From sequence record NC_028950.1: a stretch of 64,000 bases of DNA. One strand, 5' to 3'. Numbering within the stretch: position 1 is the first letter of the stretch; each line of letters begins with the position of its first letter. The notes beneath the pieces are model-generated. The model was not told the DNA's origin, searched no databases, and was given only the letters and a program-made list of their open reading frames with translations. The translations under genes were made by a program, and so were the position numbers. This document shows positions 8,197 to 16,770 of this stretch, one piece after another.

Positions 8197-9009
8197 ATGC
8201 ATTCAGGATCGGCCGTTGAGAAGGCCATCACGGAGATCAAGTACATCATCCCTGAGGAAATTCTTGATCTCGTCTTTCTCAAGAAAGCTTACTTCTTTCG
8301 TGACAGGCCGACCAACCTGGATCGAGAAATCATCAAGAAGGTCATCGCACCACGCGTGATGGTCGACTGCAGTCTCATCGGAGGTACAGACTATATCGTA
8401 CCCCTGATGGATATTTATCGTGAGCTCACCGAGGAGTGGATGGCTGTTTACCGCATCCCGAAAGAGTTCACCGATAACCGCAGCGTCATGTCGATTCTCG
8501 GCGTGATGTATATCAACCCGTACATGGTCTCGGCTCCTGCAGGTAACAACATCACCGGCTGGTCGCACATCATGGCGACTACCCAAGCTGTGTTGGAAGC
8601 GATGTCTCCGATCCCGAACTTCAGTTCGTCGGACGTATCGCTCGAAGGTGAGAACGTGATCGTCATTCGCGACGCTCGTGTTCTTCCGACATACAGCTAT
8701 GCTCGTGTCATTCTGTCTTACGACGAGTACATGAGCAACATCAATCCGCGTTCGTATCTCGCGTTTGCCAAGATGTGTGAACTGGCTGTCAAGTCATACA
8801 TCTGGAAGAACCGCGTGATTCCTCTGGATCGTGGTGAATTGACGGCTGGCGTGACGCTTGGCGCCATCAAGGAAGTCATCGACGAATACAAGGACGCAGA
8901 ACAGATGTATCAGGATTATCGCAAAGACACCATGCGAAAAGTCCTGATGATGAATGACGAAGGTCGTAAGCGTCGTCACATCACGCGCATTATTGGCGGC
9001 TATAAATAA
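8197..9009 (+). CDS. Conserved phiKZ-like core hypothetical protein divergent from phuZ
   Basis: 270 aa. 'AVEKAITEIKYIIPEEILDLVF' N-terminus recalls a Chimalliviridae family; AAGGA RBS. Confidence 0.75.
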   Translation: MHSGSAVEKAITEIKYIIPEEILDLVFLKKAYFFRDRPTNLDREIIKKVIAPRVMVDCSLIGGTDYIVPLMDIYRELTEEWMAVYRIPKEFTDNRSVMSILGVMYINPYMVSAPAGNNITGWSHIMATTQAVLEAMSPIPNFSSSDVSLEGENVIVIRDARVLPTYSYARVILSYDEYMSNINPRSYLAFAKMCELAVKSYIWKNRVIPLDRGELTAGVTLGAIKEVIDEYKDAEQMYQDYRKDTMRKVLMMNDEGRKRRHITRIIGGYK

Positions 9010-9017
9010 TGTGGACT

Positions 9018-9045
9018 CCTACTCTACCCGAAAGGGTAGAGTAGG
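9018..9045. terminator. Bidirectional hairpin at a convergent gene junction
   Basis: cctactctaccc-gaaa-gggtagagtagg, perfect 12-bp stem with a GNRA loop. Confidence 0.75.
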
Positions 9046-9051
9046 TAGACC

Positions 9052-9537
9052 TTATGCTGTCGGATAGGAATCCGGGTAATCGTGATGCCTGAAGCCGTTG
9101 AGTCTGTCTTCGGACTTGGCATCTTTGTACTTGTCGTTGTTGATCACGACAGTCACATGTGTATCGTCGAGCCATCCTTCACGACTGACGTCGGAAATGT
9201 TTTTCAACACTTCTTCACTGCCAGCGGGAAATTCGCCAGCGACATGTTTGTTCCGAACATCCATGCTGATGACGTGATTGTAGCTCAAAAAGAAAACAGC
9301 CCACATCAATGCGACGCACAACCACGCCCCTGCATCGCGGTACATGTGGTACATGAAGAATGCACCGGAAATGATGAACAACCACATCGTCACCATGATG
9401 GCGAAGACCCAGTAGCCGATTGCTTGTTGAGACCAGGAGAACAGGAGCGAATCCTCCTGGTACATCAACTGGTTCACCATCATGAACATCGTGAACGCGA
9501 ACAACAGCCAGAACAGAACACCCACAGCGGTATACAT
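9052..9537 (-). CDS. Multi-pass membrane protein
   Basis: Three long hydrophobic segments in the N-terminal ~90 aa; GAGGGGAAGG RBS region. Confidence 0.7.
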   Translation of the reverse strand: MYTAVGVLFWLLFAFTMFMMVNQLMYQEDSLLFSWSQQAIGYWVFAIMVTMWLFIISGAFFMYHMYRDAGAWLCVALMWAVFFLSYNHVISMDVRNKHVAGEFPAGSEEVLKNISDVSREGWLDDTHVTVVINNDKYKDAKSEDRLNGFRHHDYPDSYPTA

Positions 9538-9635
9538 GGCCTTCCCCTCTTTTATTAAAAAACGACCAAAAAAAATCCCAGGAGTGAACCTGGGATTGAA
9601 AAGCCCTACTCCGAAGAGTAAGGCTGGGCTACTGT

Positions 9636-9920
9636 TTAAACCGCTTCGAGTTTGAGGTTGTTACGCAGCACCACACCATTCATGGCGCGTTCGATAGCTG
9701 CTTCAGCCTTCTTTGCTGCGAAGTCGGCTTCGCGCATTGCCATACGCTGAGCGTAGACATATTCGCGAACTTGCTTTTCTTCGCGAACCGTGAGGTTCTG
9801 ACGTTCGAGGCGAGCGTTGACTTCGTCCCAATTGACTTCTTCAAACTTCTTGCCGTCCATGTACTTGTCCGACAGGAAGAGGCAGAATTCGAGGACGGTG
9901 ACTTGATAGAGGTTATTCAT
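9636..9920 (-). CDS. Hypothetical protein (helical)
   Basis: 94-aa ORF with an AGGAG RBS and phage codon usage. Confidence 0.7.
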   Translation of the reverse strand: MNNLYQVTVLEFCLFLSDKYMDGKKFEEVNWDEVNARLERQNLTVREEKQVREYVYAQRMAMREADFAAKKAEAAIERAMNGVVLRNNLKLEAV

Positions 9921-9967
9921 GATGATGCTCCTGAGAAAGGGAAAATTACACAGACGGTAAGAGTTTG

Positions 9968-10117
9968 TTACTTGGCCAGCTTGTCGGTCATGTACGCGAC
10001 CAAGGGGACGACGACGAGCAGAAGGAAGCCGATGTACAGAACCATCTCCTTCCGTTTTGCCTTGACCTTATCGTTGCTGCTTTGGTTTGCTTCTGCGAGA
10101 AATTGTTGCTTGGTCAT
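9968..10117 (-). CDS. Small single-pass membrane protein (49 aa)
   Basis: Translated by hand: MTKQQFLAEANQSSNDKVKAKRKEMVLYIGFLLLVVVPLVAYMTDKLAK. AGGA RBS. Below the ORF-track cutoff. Confidence 0.65.
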   Translation of the reverse strand: MTKQQFLAEANQSSNDKVKAKRKEMVLYIGFLLLVVVPLVAYMTDKLAK

Positions 10118-10161
10118 GATTTGTTCCTGTTGTCTGACTGTACTGAATTTTGGTTAATCGG

Positions 10162-10623
10162 TTATTGCAGCGGGACGCGTTTGGTCATCCCGTCGAAGTT
10201 GATGATGACGTAAGTGCCATCGATCTCAACTGTTACGTTCTGGGCATTGCAGGTTCCGAAGCCTTTCGCTTGGCGGACATCGCCATTCCTCATGAACCGA
10301 TACAGCTGGAAGTTCATCGGGCACTGGCTATCCTGTTCACCTGCGATCAGGATAAGGGGCGTGTTGTTATACGTCCCATGCCAGACTACCTTGATGTTCT
10401 TGAAGTCTTCTTCCATGTCCGTGACATTGTCACGATACTGCATGAACCAGGTTCCTTGTTCGCGGTCCTGGTAGAACTGCACCGTGTCCACCGTTTTGCG
10501 GAGGACGGGTTTTGCATCTGCGTCACCTATGCCACCGAGAATCAGGACGGCGATTGTTCCCACGATCGCCAGGATCCAGAACTTCCAGTTGTCGTTGACA
10601 TAGTTGCGAACAGCTTCGGTCAT
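10162..10623 (-). CDS. Exported or membrane-anchored hypothetical protein
   Basis: N-terminal hydrophobic 'FWILAIVGTIAVLILGGIG' followed by a beta-rich domain with two Cys. Confidence 0.7.
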   Translation of the reverse strand: MTEAVRNYVNDNWKFWILAIVGTIAVLILGGIGDADAKPVLRKTVDTVQFYQDREQGTWFMQYRDNVTDMEEDFKNIKVVWHGTYNNTPLILIAGEQDSQCPMNFQLYRFMRNGDVRQAKGFGTCNAQNVTVEIDGTYVIINFDGMTKRVPLQ

Positions 10624-10655
10624 TGCGTCATCTCCAGTTACTACGTTTTAAAAAG

Positions 10656-10841
10656 TTACCTGTGGCGGATATTCGCCATCAAGCGTTGGACTTCATTCCG
10701 AACCACCATCTCGAAGGTATTCGGAAGTTCGCGGAATTCGACATCGATGATGTCAGGCTCGGTGATGACCTTGGGTACTGCGGGTTGAAGTGCGTTGTAC
10801 ATCTTCAATGCTTGTGAAACGTATTGCTGGCTGTGTGCCAT
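10656..10841 (-). CDS. Small hypothetical protein (61 aa)
   Basis: MAHSQQ... start with a GGAGG RBS, downstream of the promoter motif at 10893; contains 'DIIDVEFREL'. Confidence 0.7.
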   Translation of the reverse strand: MAHSQQYVSQALKMYNALQPAVPKVITEPDIIDVEFRELPNTFEMVVRNEVQRLMANIRHR

Positions 10842-10892
10842 AATGCGCCTCCATTGAAAAGAATACAAAGTTCTTTATCCAACTTCACCGCA

Positions 10893-10908
10893 GTTATATG
10901 TTTCTGAA
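10893..10908 (-). promoter_or_regulatory. Early promoter-like motif TTCAGAAACATATAAC
   Basis: Exact 16-bp duplicate of 13131-13146; both copies lie about 50-60 nt upstream of minus-strand starts. Confidence 0.6.
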
Positions 10909-10971
10909 TTATTCTGGGATTCGATATTTGACGGCATAAGCCGGGGATGGGTTTTACCCCACCCCCTAGCT

Positions 10972-12282
10972 TTACGCAGCCAACTTAAGACGCGACGAAG
11001 CACGTTTGGCGATCTCGTCCATGAAGGCACGGGGATCGTCCGGATGTTCCTTGAATGCATTCTCGACCTGACATCCAGGCAACTGGATATCGTAAGCCAT
11101 GAAAGGCACACACCAGATTCCCTGCATCTCGCGATCGAGTTCGTACATGTGTACCATGTACGCCCAGATCTCTTTCGAAGTCAGTTCGCCGATCGTGAAC
11201 TCATGATCGATACGACCATCGCGCTTAACCGCCTCGTCGAGATCTTCGGGATGATTCGTGGTCTTGAAGATGATGAGATTATCCAGACTCACCACCCCAT
11301 CGAATGCGTTCAGATAACCCGACATGGTGAGCATGTTCAGGTTCATGTCTGCCACGACATCGACCAGTTCTTTTTTCTTTTTGCGATCTTTGACAGCATT
11401 ACCTGCCTGATCGATATCTTCCAGCAGCAAGAACGAACCAGGCTTGATCTTTGACAATGCGTCGACCAATGATGCGTTCGTTTGATCCGACAGATCGAGT
11501 ACGTACAGATCCTTCTTGAAATGACCAGCCAGGAGTTTCACCAGCGTGGTCTTACCCGTTCCAGGAGGGCCTTGGAAGAGCGAAGAGATTTTGTACGTGA
11601 GGCCCTTCTTGCGATACCATTCGCGGCGGCCGAGGAAGTCGGAAATCTTTTCGATAATCTCAGCTTTCAACGCGGCATTCATGCAGAAAGTGTCGATGCT
11701 GCGGTGTGGCAATTTGCCGACTTCTTCCCAACTCCGTGCTTCGCGATTGAAGTTGTGAATCATCACGTCGCCAACTGCGCCGCGCTTTTCGTTAAAGAGA
11801 TCCACGAGATCTTCAAAGACCTTGTGACTCCAACCGAAAGTGTAGATATCGATTTCTTCTTTCTGTTTCTCGGAACCGGACGAATCCATCCGACCCTTTC
11901 TGAACCAGAAGAATTTTCCCTTGTAGAAAAACAGATGCAAACCGTTTCCGATCCCCATGCGGTACGGTTTGTATGTTTCATCGACGAAGAGGTCATCTTT
12001 GTACTGACGGAACATAAAGAAGTTCTTGCTGAATCGGCGATAACCCGATTGCATGAACCACTTGTCAAATGCGTTGTACGCGTCCAGGTTTCCGTCGTAT
12101 CCCGCATTGTTCAACGACATGTTCACCGTCGTGTAGGCGACCAGGAAATCCCAGAGCTTCTTGGGAACATCCTTCAGATAAAACATCAGTCCGCCAACAA
12201 TCGGCAAAGCCAATGTAGCCACCAGCGGGTTAGTCCTCGTGAGGTCGTTGTACTGCTGAAGCAGTTGGTTGAACCAGTCCAT
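10972..12282 (-). CDS. BCS1-like membrane-anchored AAA+ ATPase
   Basis: N-terminal TM 'PLVATLALPIVGGLMFYL'; 'REWYRKKG' pre-Walker motif; Walker A GPPGTGKT; Walker B LLLEDID; 'SGYLNAFDGV'; 'KTTNHPEDLDEAVKRDGRID'. Start at MDWFNQ with a GGGGA RBS. Confidence 0.85.
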   Translation of the reverse strand: MDWFNQLLQQYNDLTRTNPLVATLALPIVGGLMFYLKDVPKKLWDFLVAYTTVNMSLNNAGYDGNLDAYNAFDKWFMQSGYRRFSKNFFMFRQYKDDLFVDETYKPYRMGIGNGLHLFFYKGKFFWFRKGRMDSSGSEKQKEEIDIYTFGWSHKVFEDLVDLFNEKRGAVGDVMIHNFNREARSWEEVGKLPHRSIDTFCMNAALKAEIIEKISDFLGRREWYRKKGLTYKISSLFQGPPGTGKTTLVKLLAGHFKKDLYVLDLSDQTNASLVDALSKIKPGSFLLLEDIDQAGNAVKDRKKKKELVDVVADMNLNMLTMSGYLNAFDGVVSLDNLIIFKTTNHPEDLDEAVKRDGRIDHEFTIGELTSKEIWAYMVHMYELDREMQGIWCVPFMAYDIQLPGCQVENAFKEHPDDPRAFMDEIAKRASSRLKLAA

Positions 12283-12360
12283 GTTCTTATTCCCCGAAAA
12301 AGGTCTTGTCAAAGTAAAGGTCGACCAAATAAAAAAAGACCCAAACCTATGCAGAGCATA

Positions 12361-12387
12361 CTCCAGTACCCACGAGGGGTACTGGAG
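12361..12387 (-). terminator. Hairpin between the 12399 gene and the AAA+ gene
   Basis: ctccagtaccc...gggtactggag, 11-bp stem; CATA immediately to its left. Confidence 0.6.
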
Positions 12388-12398
12388 GACTCCTTCTG

Positions 12399-13073
12399 TT
12401 ATTTGATTTTCGAAAGATCGAGATAGAACATCATCTCGTTATCAGTCTTCGGAAAGAATGCCTTGATTTTCCCGAGATAGTCTTTCTTGTCGCTGCCGAT
12501 CACCCTGGAGTAGAAACCTACTTCCAGAAGAACACCACTGAACGGTTCTTCCTCGATGTTCACAAGATTCTTGCGATCCATCGACATACGGTAAACCATT
12601 GGATGGAGTTTCTCTAGAACGATAACGTTCTCTTCCAGGTTGTTCTTGACGATCAAGGGCAGACTGATCTTGCCACCATGCAACTGGTGTCCATTGGCAT
12701 ACCCCATGCCAAGGCAGATCTGATTGTTGGCTGTGTTGTAGCCGAACTCAGCAATGATCTCGCGATCATCCTGGATGAAACGACTCATCAGATCCATACA
12801 ACCACTCAGATCACGGCGAAGCGTTTCCGAGAATTTCTTGATGCCCACATCGTACGGCTTTTTCGGCACAACGCGGATTTGTCCTGCGATCGGTGCTTCT
12901 TCGATTACAGGCGTTACAGCGGCCTTTTGTACCTGGGCGGTATGTTGGCTCGTCTTGGGTGCTACCGGCGGCTCTGGCAGGCTCTGAGGCTCCCACAGCA
13001 GCACTTCCTGGTCATCGTTGCGATCCCCGGCTTGCGCCATTCTGAAATCCGCATAGCGGTTGGTCTTCTTCAC
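12399..13073 (-). CDS. Hypothetical protein, probably early
   Basis: 224 aa, AAGGAG RBS, downstream of the 13131 motif; Pro/Ala-rich N-terminal linker. Confidence 0.75.
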   Translation of the reverse strand: MKKTNRYADFRMAQAGDRNDDQEVLLWEPQSLPEPPVAPKTSQHTAQVQKAAVTPVIEEAPIAGQIRVVPKKPYDVGIKKFSETLRRDLSGCMDLMSRFIQDDREIIAEFGYNTANNQICLGMGYANGHQLHGGKISLPLIVKNNLEENVIVLEKLHPMVYRMSMDRKNLVNIEEEPFSGVLLEVGFYSRVIGSDKKDYLGKIKAFFPKTDNEMMFYLDLSKIK

Positions 13074-13130
13074 GGATGTAACTCCTTGTGGTACAGCATT
13101 TTAAAAGGTTTACAGCGGAAACTCACAATC

Positions 13131-13146
13131 GTTATATGTTTCTGAA
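13131..13146 (-). promoter_or_regulatory. Early promoter-like motif TTCAGAAACATATAAC
   Basis: Identical to 10893-10908. Confidence 0.6.
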
Positions 13147-13194
13147 ACAATCTGGAGTTCCAACCTTTCAAAGAATCAAAGAGCATAGCTTGGT

Positions 13195-13440
13195 AAGACC
13201 AGAACGCCCTTTCGGACGTCCTGGGTCTCACTGGGGGGATGAATGTGGTTGTGTATCCCTCCAGATCATGGAGGGATCATAGTTTCTTTTTATACGCCTT
13301 CCACAGGCGTATCACTTTTTTCTTTTCTTTCTTTCAAAAACTTTAGACTTATTATTCTTATTATTATAAATACGTTAGTATTTATAATACTAACGTTTAT
13401 AACTAATTCTAAAATTCTCTCTACAAGGTTCTGGTCACAT
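13195..13440. other. Structured, AT-rich non-coding region (candidate sRNA and/or replication origin)
   Basis: Hairpins at 13255-13277 and 13292-13312, a T-tract at 13316-13334, and interlocking inverted repeats at 13362-13389 and 13372-13396. Confidence 0.4.
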
Positions 13441-13556
13441 TTAAAAAAATATATGTTTATGCCTGCTAAGGCAGCAAAACTCTCGGTAAAAAATCGGCAA
13501 GAAGCACAGATCATCTGACATCCGTTCCACTATCAAACGCAAAGGACGAAACGAAC

Positions 13557-14204
13557 ATGGGCCTCGTAGGCACACTGCGCGAGATTGAAAAAACCTCGCC
13601 CGAAGAACTCAATCGATACTCCGCGAATCGTCCCGTAATGGTCGACGGTTCCCTCTCCGAACTCGTGACTCAGGCACTGAACGTCGCCTACACGAAAAAG
13701 GACATGACCTCGGGCAAACCGTACTACGGTCAGTCCAATCCGACAGGTGAACCGCCTCCTGGTGCCGGTAACATCCCGGACATCCAGAACCCGGATACCC
13801 CGCGTCAGGATCCCGCAATCGTCAAGCCTTCGCTTGAAGGCATGCAGCAGATGTCGGCAGACGCAATTGCGTCGGCTGCCGCCGTGCTTGAAGAAGCCGT
13901 CAACGTACACGATGGCGCAGAACACCGTGTGGGCGACGATCCGCTGATGGTCTACGCCATTCCGGAAGACGGCAAGGTCACGGAAGAGATGAACGCGAAC
14001 ATCGACATGTATGGCGACTCGGGCGCCATCGATCCGTCGAACTTTGTGTTTGTTTTCACCGACAAGAACGATACTGTTGGAAGTATCGACTATCGTTGCG
14101 TCGATCTGAACCAGAAGGTGAAGAACTACGAAGACAAGGGCGCCAAGGTGTACCAGTCGCTCGAATCGTTCCTCGCCGACTACGACAACCTGCGGCGTAA
14201 ATAA
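13557..14204 (+). CDS. Hypothetical acidic protein, candidate processed head protein
   Basis: 215 aa, AAGGA RBS; two S-L-E motifs ('KPSLEG', 'QSLES') matching the phiKZ-type protease site. Confidence 0.7.
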   Translation: MGLVGTLREIEKTSPEELNRYSANRPVMVDGSLSELVTQALNVAYTKKDMTSGKPYYGQSNPTGEPPPGAGNIPDIQNPDTPRQDPAIVKPSLEGMQQMSADAIASAAAVLEEAVNVHDGAEHRVGDDPLMVYAIPEDGKVTEEMNANIDMYGDSGAIDPSNFVFVFTDKNDTVGSIDYRCVDLNQKVKNYEDKGAKVYQSLESFLADYDNLRRK

Positions 14205-14216
14205 CGGAGTCATCCC

Positions 14217-14648
14217 GTGTACATCGAAAAAACTAATTCCTTCGTCGAAGCGTTCAGCGTTTTGCCCATGCTGAAGACTCTGGATGTTTACTATCCGGAT
14301 CTGTCGTACTGGTACGTCAATACCGTGGTGCCTGGCTTGGTACTTGGAAAGGACGTCTTGCTGCTCGCGAAAGAAGCTGGTCGTACCGTTGGCTTGGCCT
14401 TGGGTAAGAATGGCGAAGAGAAGAAGTTGCGATGTGTGCGGGTGATTCCGGAATTCCAGAATACCGGGTTTGGACTGAGACTCATCGAGCGCATGTTCGA
14501 TGAACTCGAAACCGATAAGCCGCATTGTACCGTGGCCTCAGAAATGCTTGGACTCTATAGTCGAGCATTCGTGAACCGCTATGGGTTCCGTCTGAGTTCG
14601 GTGGATAAGAAGTACCGTCCCGGAAATCTGGAGTACGCTTTTAACTGA
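14217..14648 (+). CDS. GNAT-family N-acetyltransferase
   Basis: 'LRCVRVIPEFQNTGFGLRLIE' acetyl-CoA motif A and 'FVNRYGF'; GTG start with a GGAG RBS. Confidence 0.8.
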   Translation: MYIEKTNSFVEAFSVLPMLKTLDVYYPDLSYWYVNTVVPGLVLGKDVLLLAKEAGRTVGLALGKNGEEKKLRCVRVIPEFQNTGFGLRLIERMFDELETDKPHCTVASEMLGLYSRAFVNRYGFRLSSVDKKYRPGNLEYAFN

Positions 14649-14657
14649 GGACGACGC

Positions 14658-15905
14658 ATGGATGGTCAAATCAAGAAGGTCCTGGATGAAGAATTCGATC
14701 ACTTGCCGATCGACAAGAAACTCCTGGACCGAGTCCTGAAATACGAAAAGGATTTCATCAACAAAAACGAAGACCACATCACCTTCTTCGGTGGCCACCT
14801 CATGGGTGTGCAAGTGGTTCGTTTCGATCCGCGTGATCGCCAGTACTGGTTCGATGAAATCCTCGAAATCAATGAACAAGCTCTCGAAGAGCCGCTCTAC
14901 GCTCTGCGTGATCCGCATCATCCGAAAGATCCGCTGATCGACCCGGAGTTCAATGTCCGCTCGGATGTCATGAACATCACCTGCGGATATCTCATCCATC
15001 GATTCCTCACTGCCAATCACCTTCCGCACGACAAGCAAAAGGAAGGCGCTGAATGTGTAGTGCGAATCATGCTGTACAAGTTCCTGACTTCGCTGCTCTG
15101 GAACTACTTCAAGTACCCGGCCAATCCTGCGGTAGCGGAAGCTACCTACAACGCTTTGTCGCTGAAGTTCGGCTTGAAGAAAAACGGCAACTGGAAAAAA
15201 TACCTGGATGAACGCGCTCACATCACTGTCGAGCCGGGTTCGATCCACTACAAGACGCTCGTTACCATGAAGGACGACGAGCAGTTCCTGTACTTCATCG
15301 GCGATACGCAAGGTCGTATTCGCGGTACGGTGAAATCGATCTACTCGATCTTTGACCAGATGAACAAAGCTGGCATCAAGATTGTCTCCGCCTCCTCTGT
15401 CATGGAGTACGATGGCGAAATGATCCTGAAGGACAAGTCGAGAACTTACCAATCGGAAATCCGTTACATCTCCGATGTGATTGGTGACCGCGGTTCGTTC
15501 ATCAAACCTGAACTTCTGAAGATCATCGAGAAATCGGTGCCGACAGCCAACCCCGACATGTTGCTGAAGACGCTCCAGTGGATGTCCGACAACGCGGGTT
15601 ATGGCAAGGACGACATCGTGAACCAGCTGACGACCAAAACGGTTATCTACTCGTTCAACTATCTCGCCCAGAATCCTGGTCTCATCAAAGGCAAGCGCGA
15701 CATCTCTGGTGTCCTCTTCCGTTTGCGTGGCTCGTTCATGGCTTCTCGTTCTTCGGACGAGGATCTCATGCAGCTGCGTGAAATGGCTGAGCAGATCGCT
15801 GGCTTCGCGACTGGTTCCAGAAACGACACGGTGAAGAAGTCGATCCGCACGGCGGTTCTGCTTTACATCATCGGCCGGATCATGGCCAAAGACTACTACA
15901 GCTAA
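14658..15905 (+). CDS. Conserved phiKZ-like core hypothetical protein near the terminase
   Basis: 415 aa, GAGGA RBS; 'FINKNEDHITFFGGHLMGVQVVRF' recalls a Chimalliviridae family. Confidence 0.75.
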   Translation: MDGQIKKVLDEEFDHLPIDKKLLDRVLKYEKDFINKNEDHITFFGGHLMGVQVVRFDPRDRQYWFDEILEINEQALEEPLYALRDPHHPKDPLIDPEFNVRSDVMNITCGYLIHRFLTANHLPHDKQKEGAECVVRIMLYKFLTSLLWNYFKYPANPAVAEATYNALSLKFGLKKNGNWKKYLDERAHITVEPGSIHYKTLVTMKDDEQFLYFIGDTQGRIRGTVKSIYSIFDQMNKAGIKIVSASSVMEYDGEMILKDKSRTYQSEIRYISDVIGDRGSFIKPELLKIIEKSVPTANPDMLLKTLQWMSDNAGYGKDDIVNQLTTKTVIYSFNYLAQNPGLIKGKRDISGVLFRLRGSFMASRSSDEDLMQLREMAEQIAGFATGSRNDTVKKSIRTAVLLYIIGRIMAKDYYS

Positions 15906-15906
15906 C

Positions 15907-16323
15907 ATGTGTACCGTGCATGTTGTTGATCTGAATCTCCTCCAGCAAAGCCAGTATTTGGAACTGCTGGAGGAATCCCGCGATGAGCCGATGTTTTATG
16001 GCAAACCGCTGGATCCGAAACGTGATCGTCAAATCGTCCTGAATAAGGACGGTGATGTAGTCGGAGCATTTGAATTCACCCGGACCTATTGGGAAGGGCG
16101 ATACTACTGGCGAACCAATCGACCTTATGTCTTTAAGAAGTATCGAGGACAAGGTCTTTTGGTCCCTGCTCTGACCGAATGGTATTCCGATCGTCGTCCG
16201 GCCTTGGCTTGGATCGATGAGGAAAACATCGCATCCATTCGTCTATTCTTCTCGTTAGGTTTTACGAGAGACAAGCCTTATGTGATGCATGGTAAACAGG
16301 GACATTTTTACGTCCTTTCATAA
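15907..16323 (+). CDS. GNAT-family N-acetyltransferase
   Basis: 'PYVFKKYRGQGL' motif A and 'WIDEENIASIRLFFSLGF' motif B. Confidence 0.8.
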   Translation: MCTVHVVDLNLLQQSQYLELLEESRDEPMFYGKPLDPKRDRQIVLNKDGDVVGAFEFTRTYWEGRYYWRTNRPYVFKKYRGQGLLVPALTEWYSDRRPALAWIDEENIASIRLFFSLGFTRDKPYVMHGKQGHFYVLS

Positions 16324-16352
16324 ACGCCATCAACTTAAGGTTAGGCACCAAA

Positions 16353-16529
16353 ATGGCACCGCGCACCAAGCTTCAGAAGTCCATGACCAATAACTCCAAG
16401 ATTCGTGACGCTGTCACGAATTCGGCTGCGACCATCTCAGTGGGAGAGCCGTCCCTCATGTCTCGCCAAGGTGCCCCGAAAAGCATTAAAGTGCAAGTCG
16501 GAAAAGGCGGGCTGGGGAAAGCAAAATAA
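16353..16529 (+). CDS. Small basic protein A (58 aa)
   Basis: Translated by hand: MAPRTKLQKSMTNNSKIRDAVTNSAATISVGEPSLMSRQGAPKSIKVQVGKGGLGKAK. Paralogous C-terminus with the next ORF. Confidence 0.65.
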   Translation: MAPRTKLQKSMTNNSKIRDAVTNSAATISVGEPSLMSRQGAPKSIKVQVGKGGLGKAK

Positions 16530-16584
16530 CAAAACGTTGTAAGCTTGGTCGTAATCTTTTGGGATTATTTACCGAGATTTGAAA

Positions 16585-16758
16585 ATGGCAAACCGTCACC
16601 TCAAGCAGCACCTGATGCAGGCTACCTTGAAGCAGCACAAAGAGCATCACGTCAAAGATCTCTACATCGTCACGGAATCGGAACATCGTGGTAAGCATGT
16701 TACGAGTACGGTTCATGTGAAGGTGGGTCGTGGCGGGCTGGAGCACGTCAAGAAGTAA
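16585..16758 (+). CDS. Small basic His-rich protein B (57 aa)
   Basis: Translated by hand: MANRHLKQHLMQATLKQHKEHHVKDLYIVTESEHRGKHVTSTVHVKVGRGGLEHVKK. Followed directly by a terminator hairpin. Confidence 0.7.
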   Translation: MANRHLKQHLMQATLKQHKEHHVKDLYIVTESEHRGKHVTSTVHVKVGRGGLEHVKK

Positions 16759-16770
16759 GCAGCACAAGTA

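Noticed and set aside
13243-13518. Short ORFs in the AT-rich gap (13243-13518 plus, 13290-13514 minus)
   Set aside because: Ile/Phe-rich translations of low-complexity AT DNA that cross hairpins and lack an RBS.
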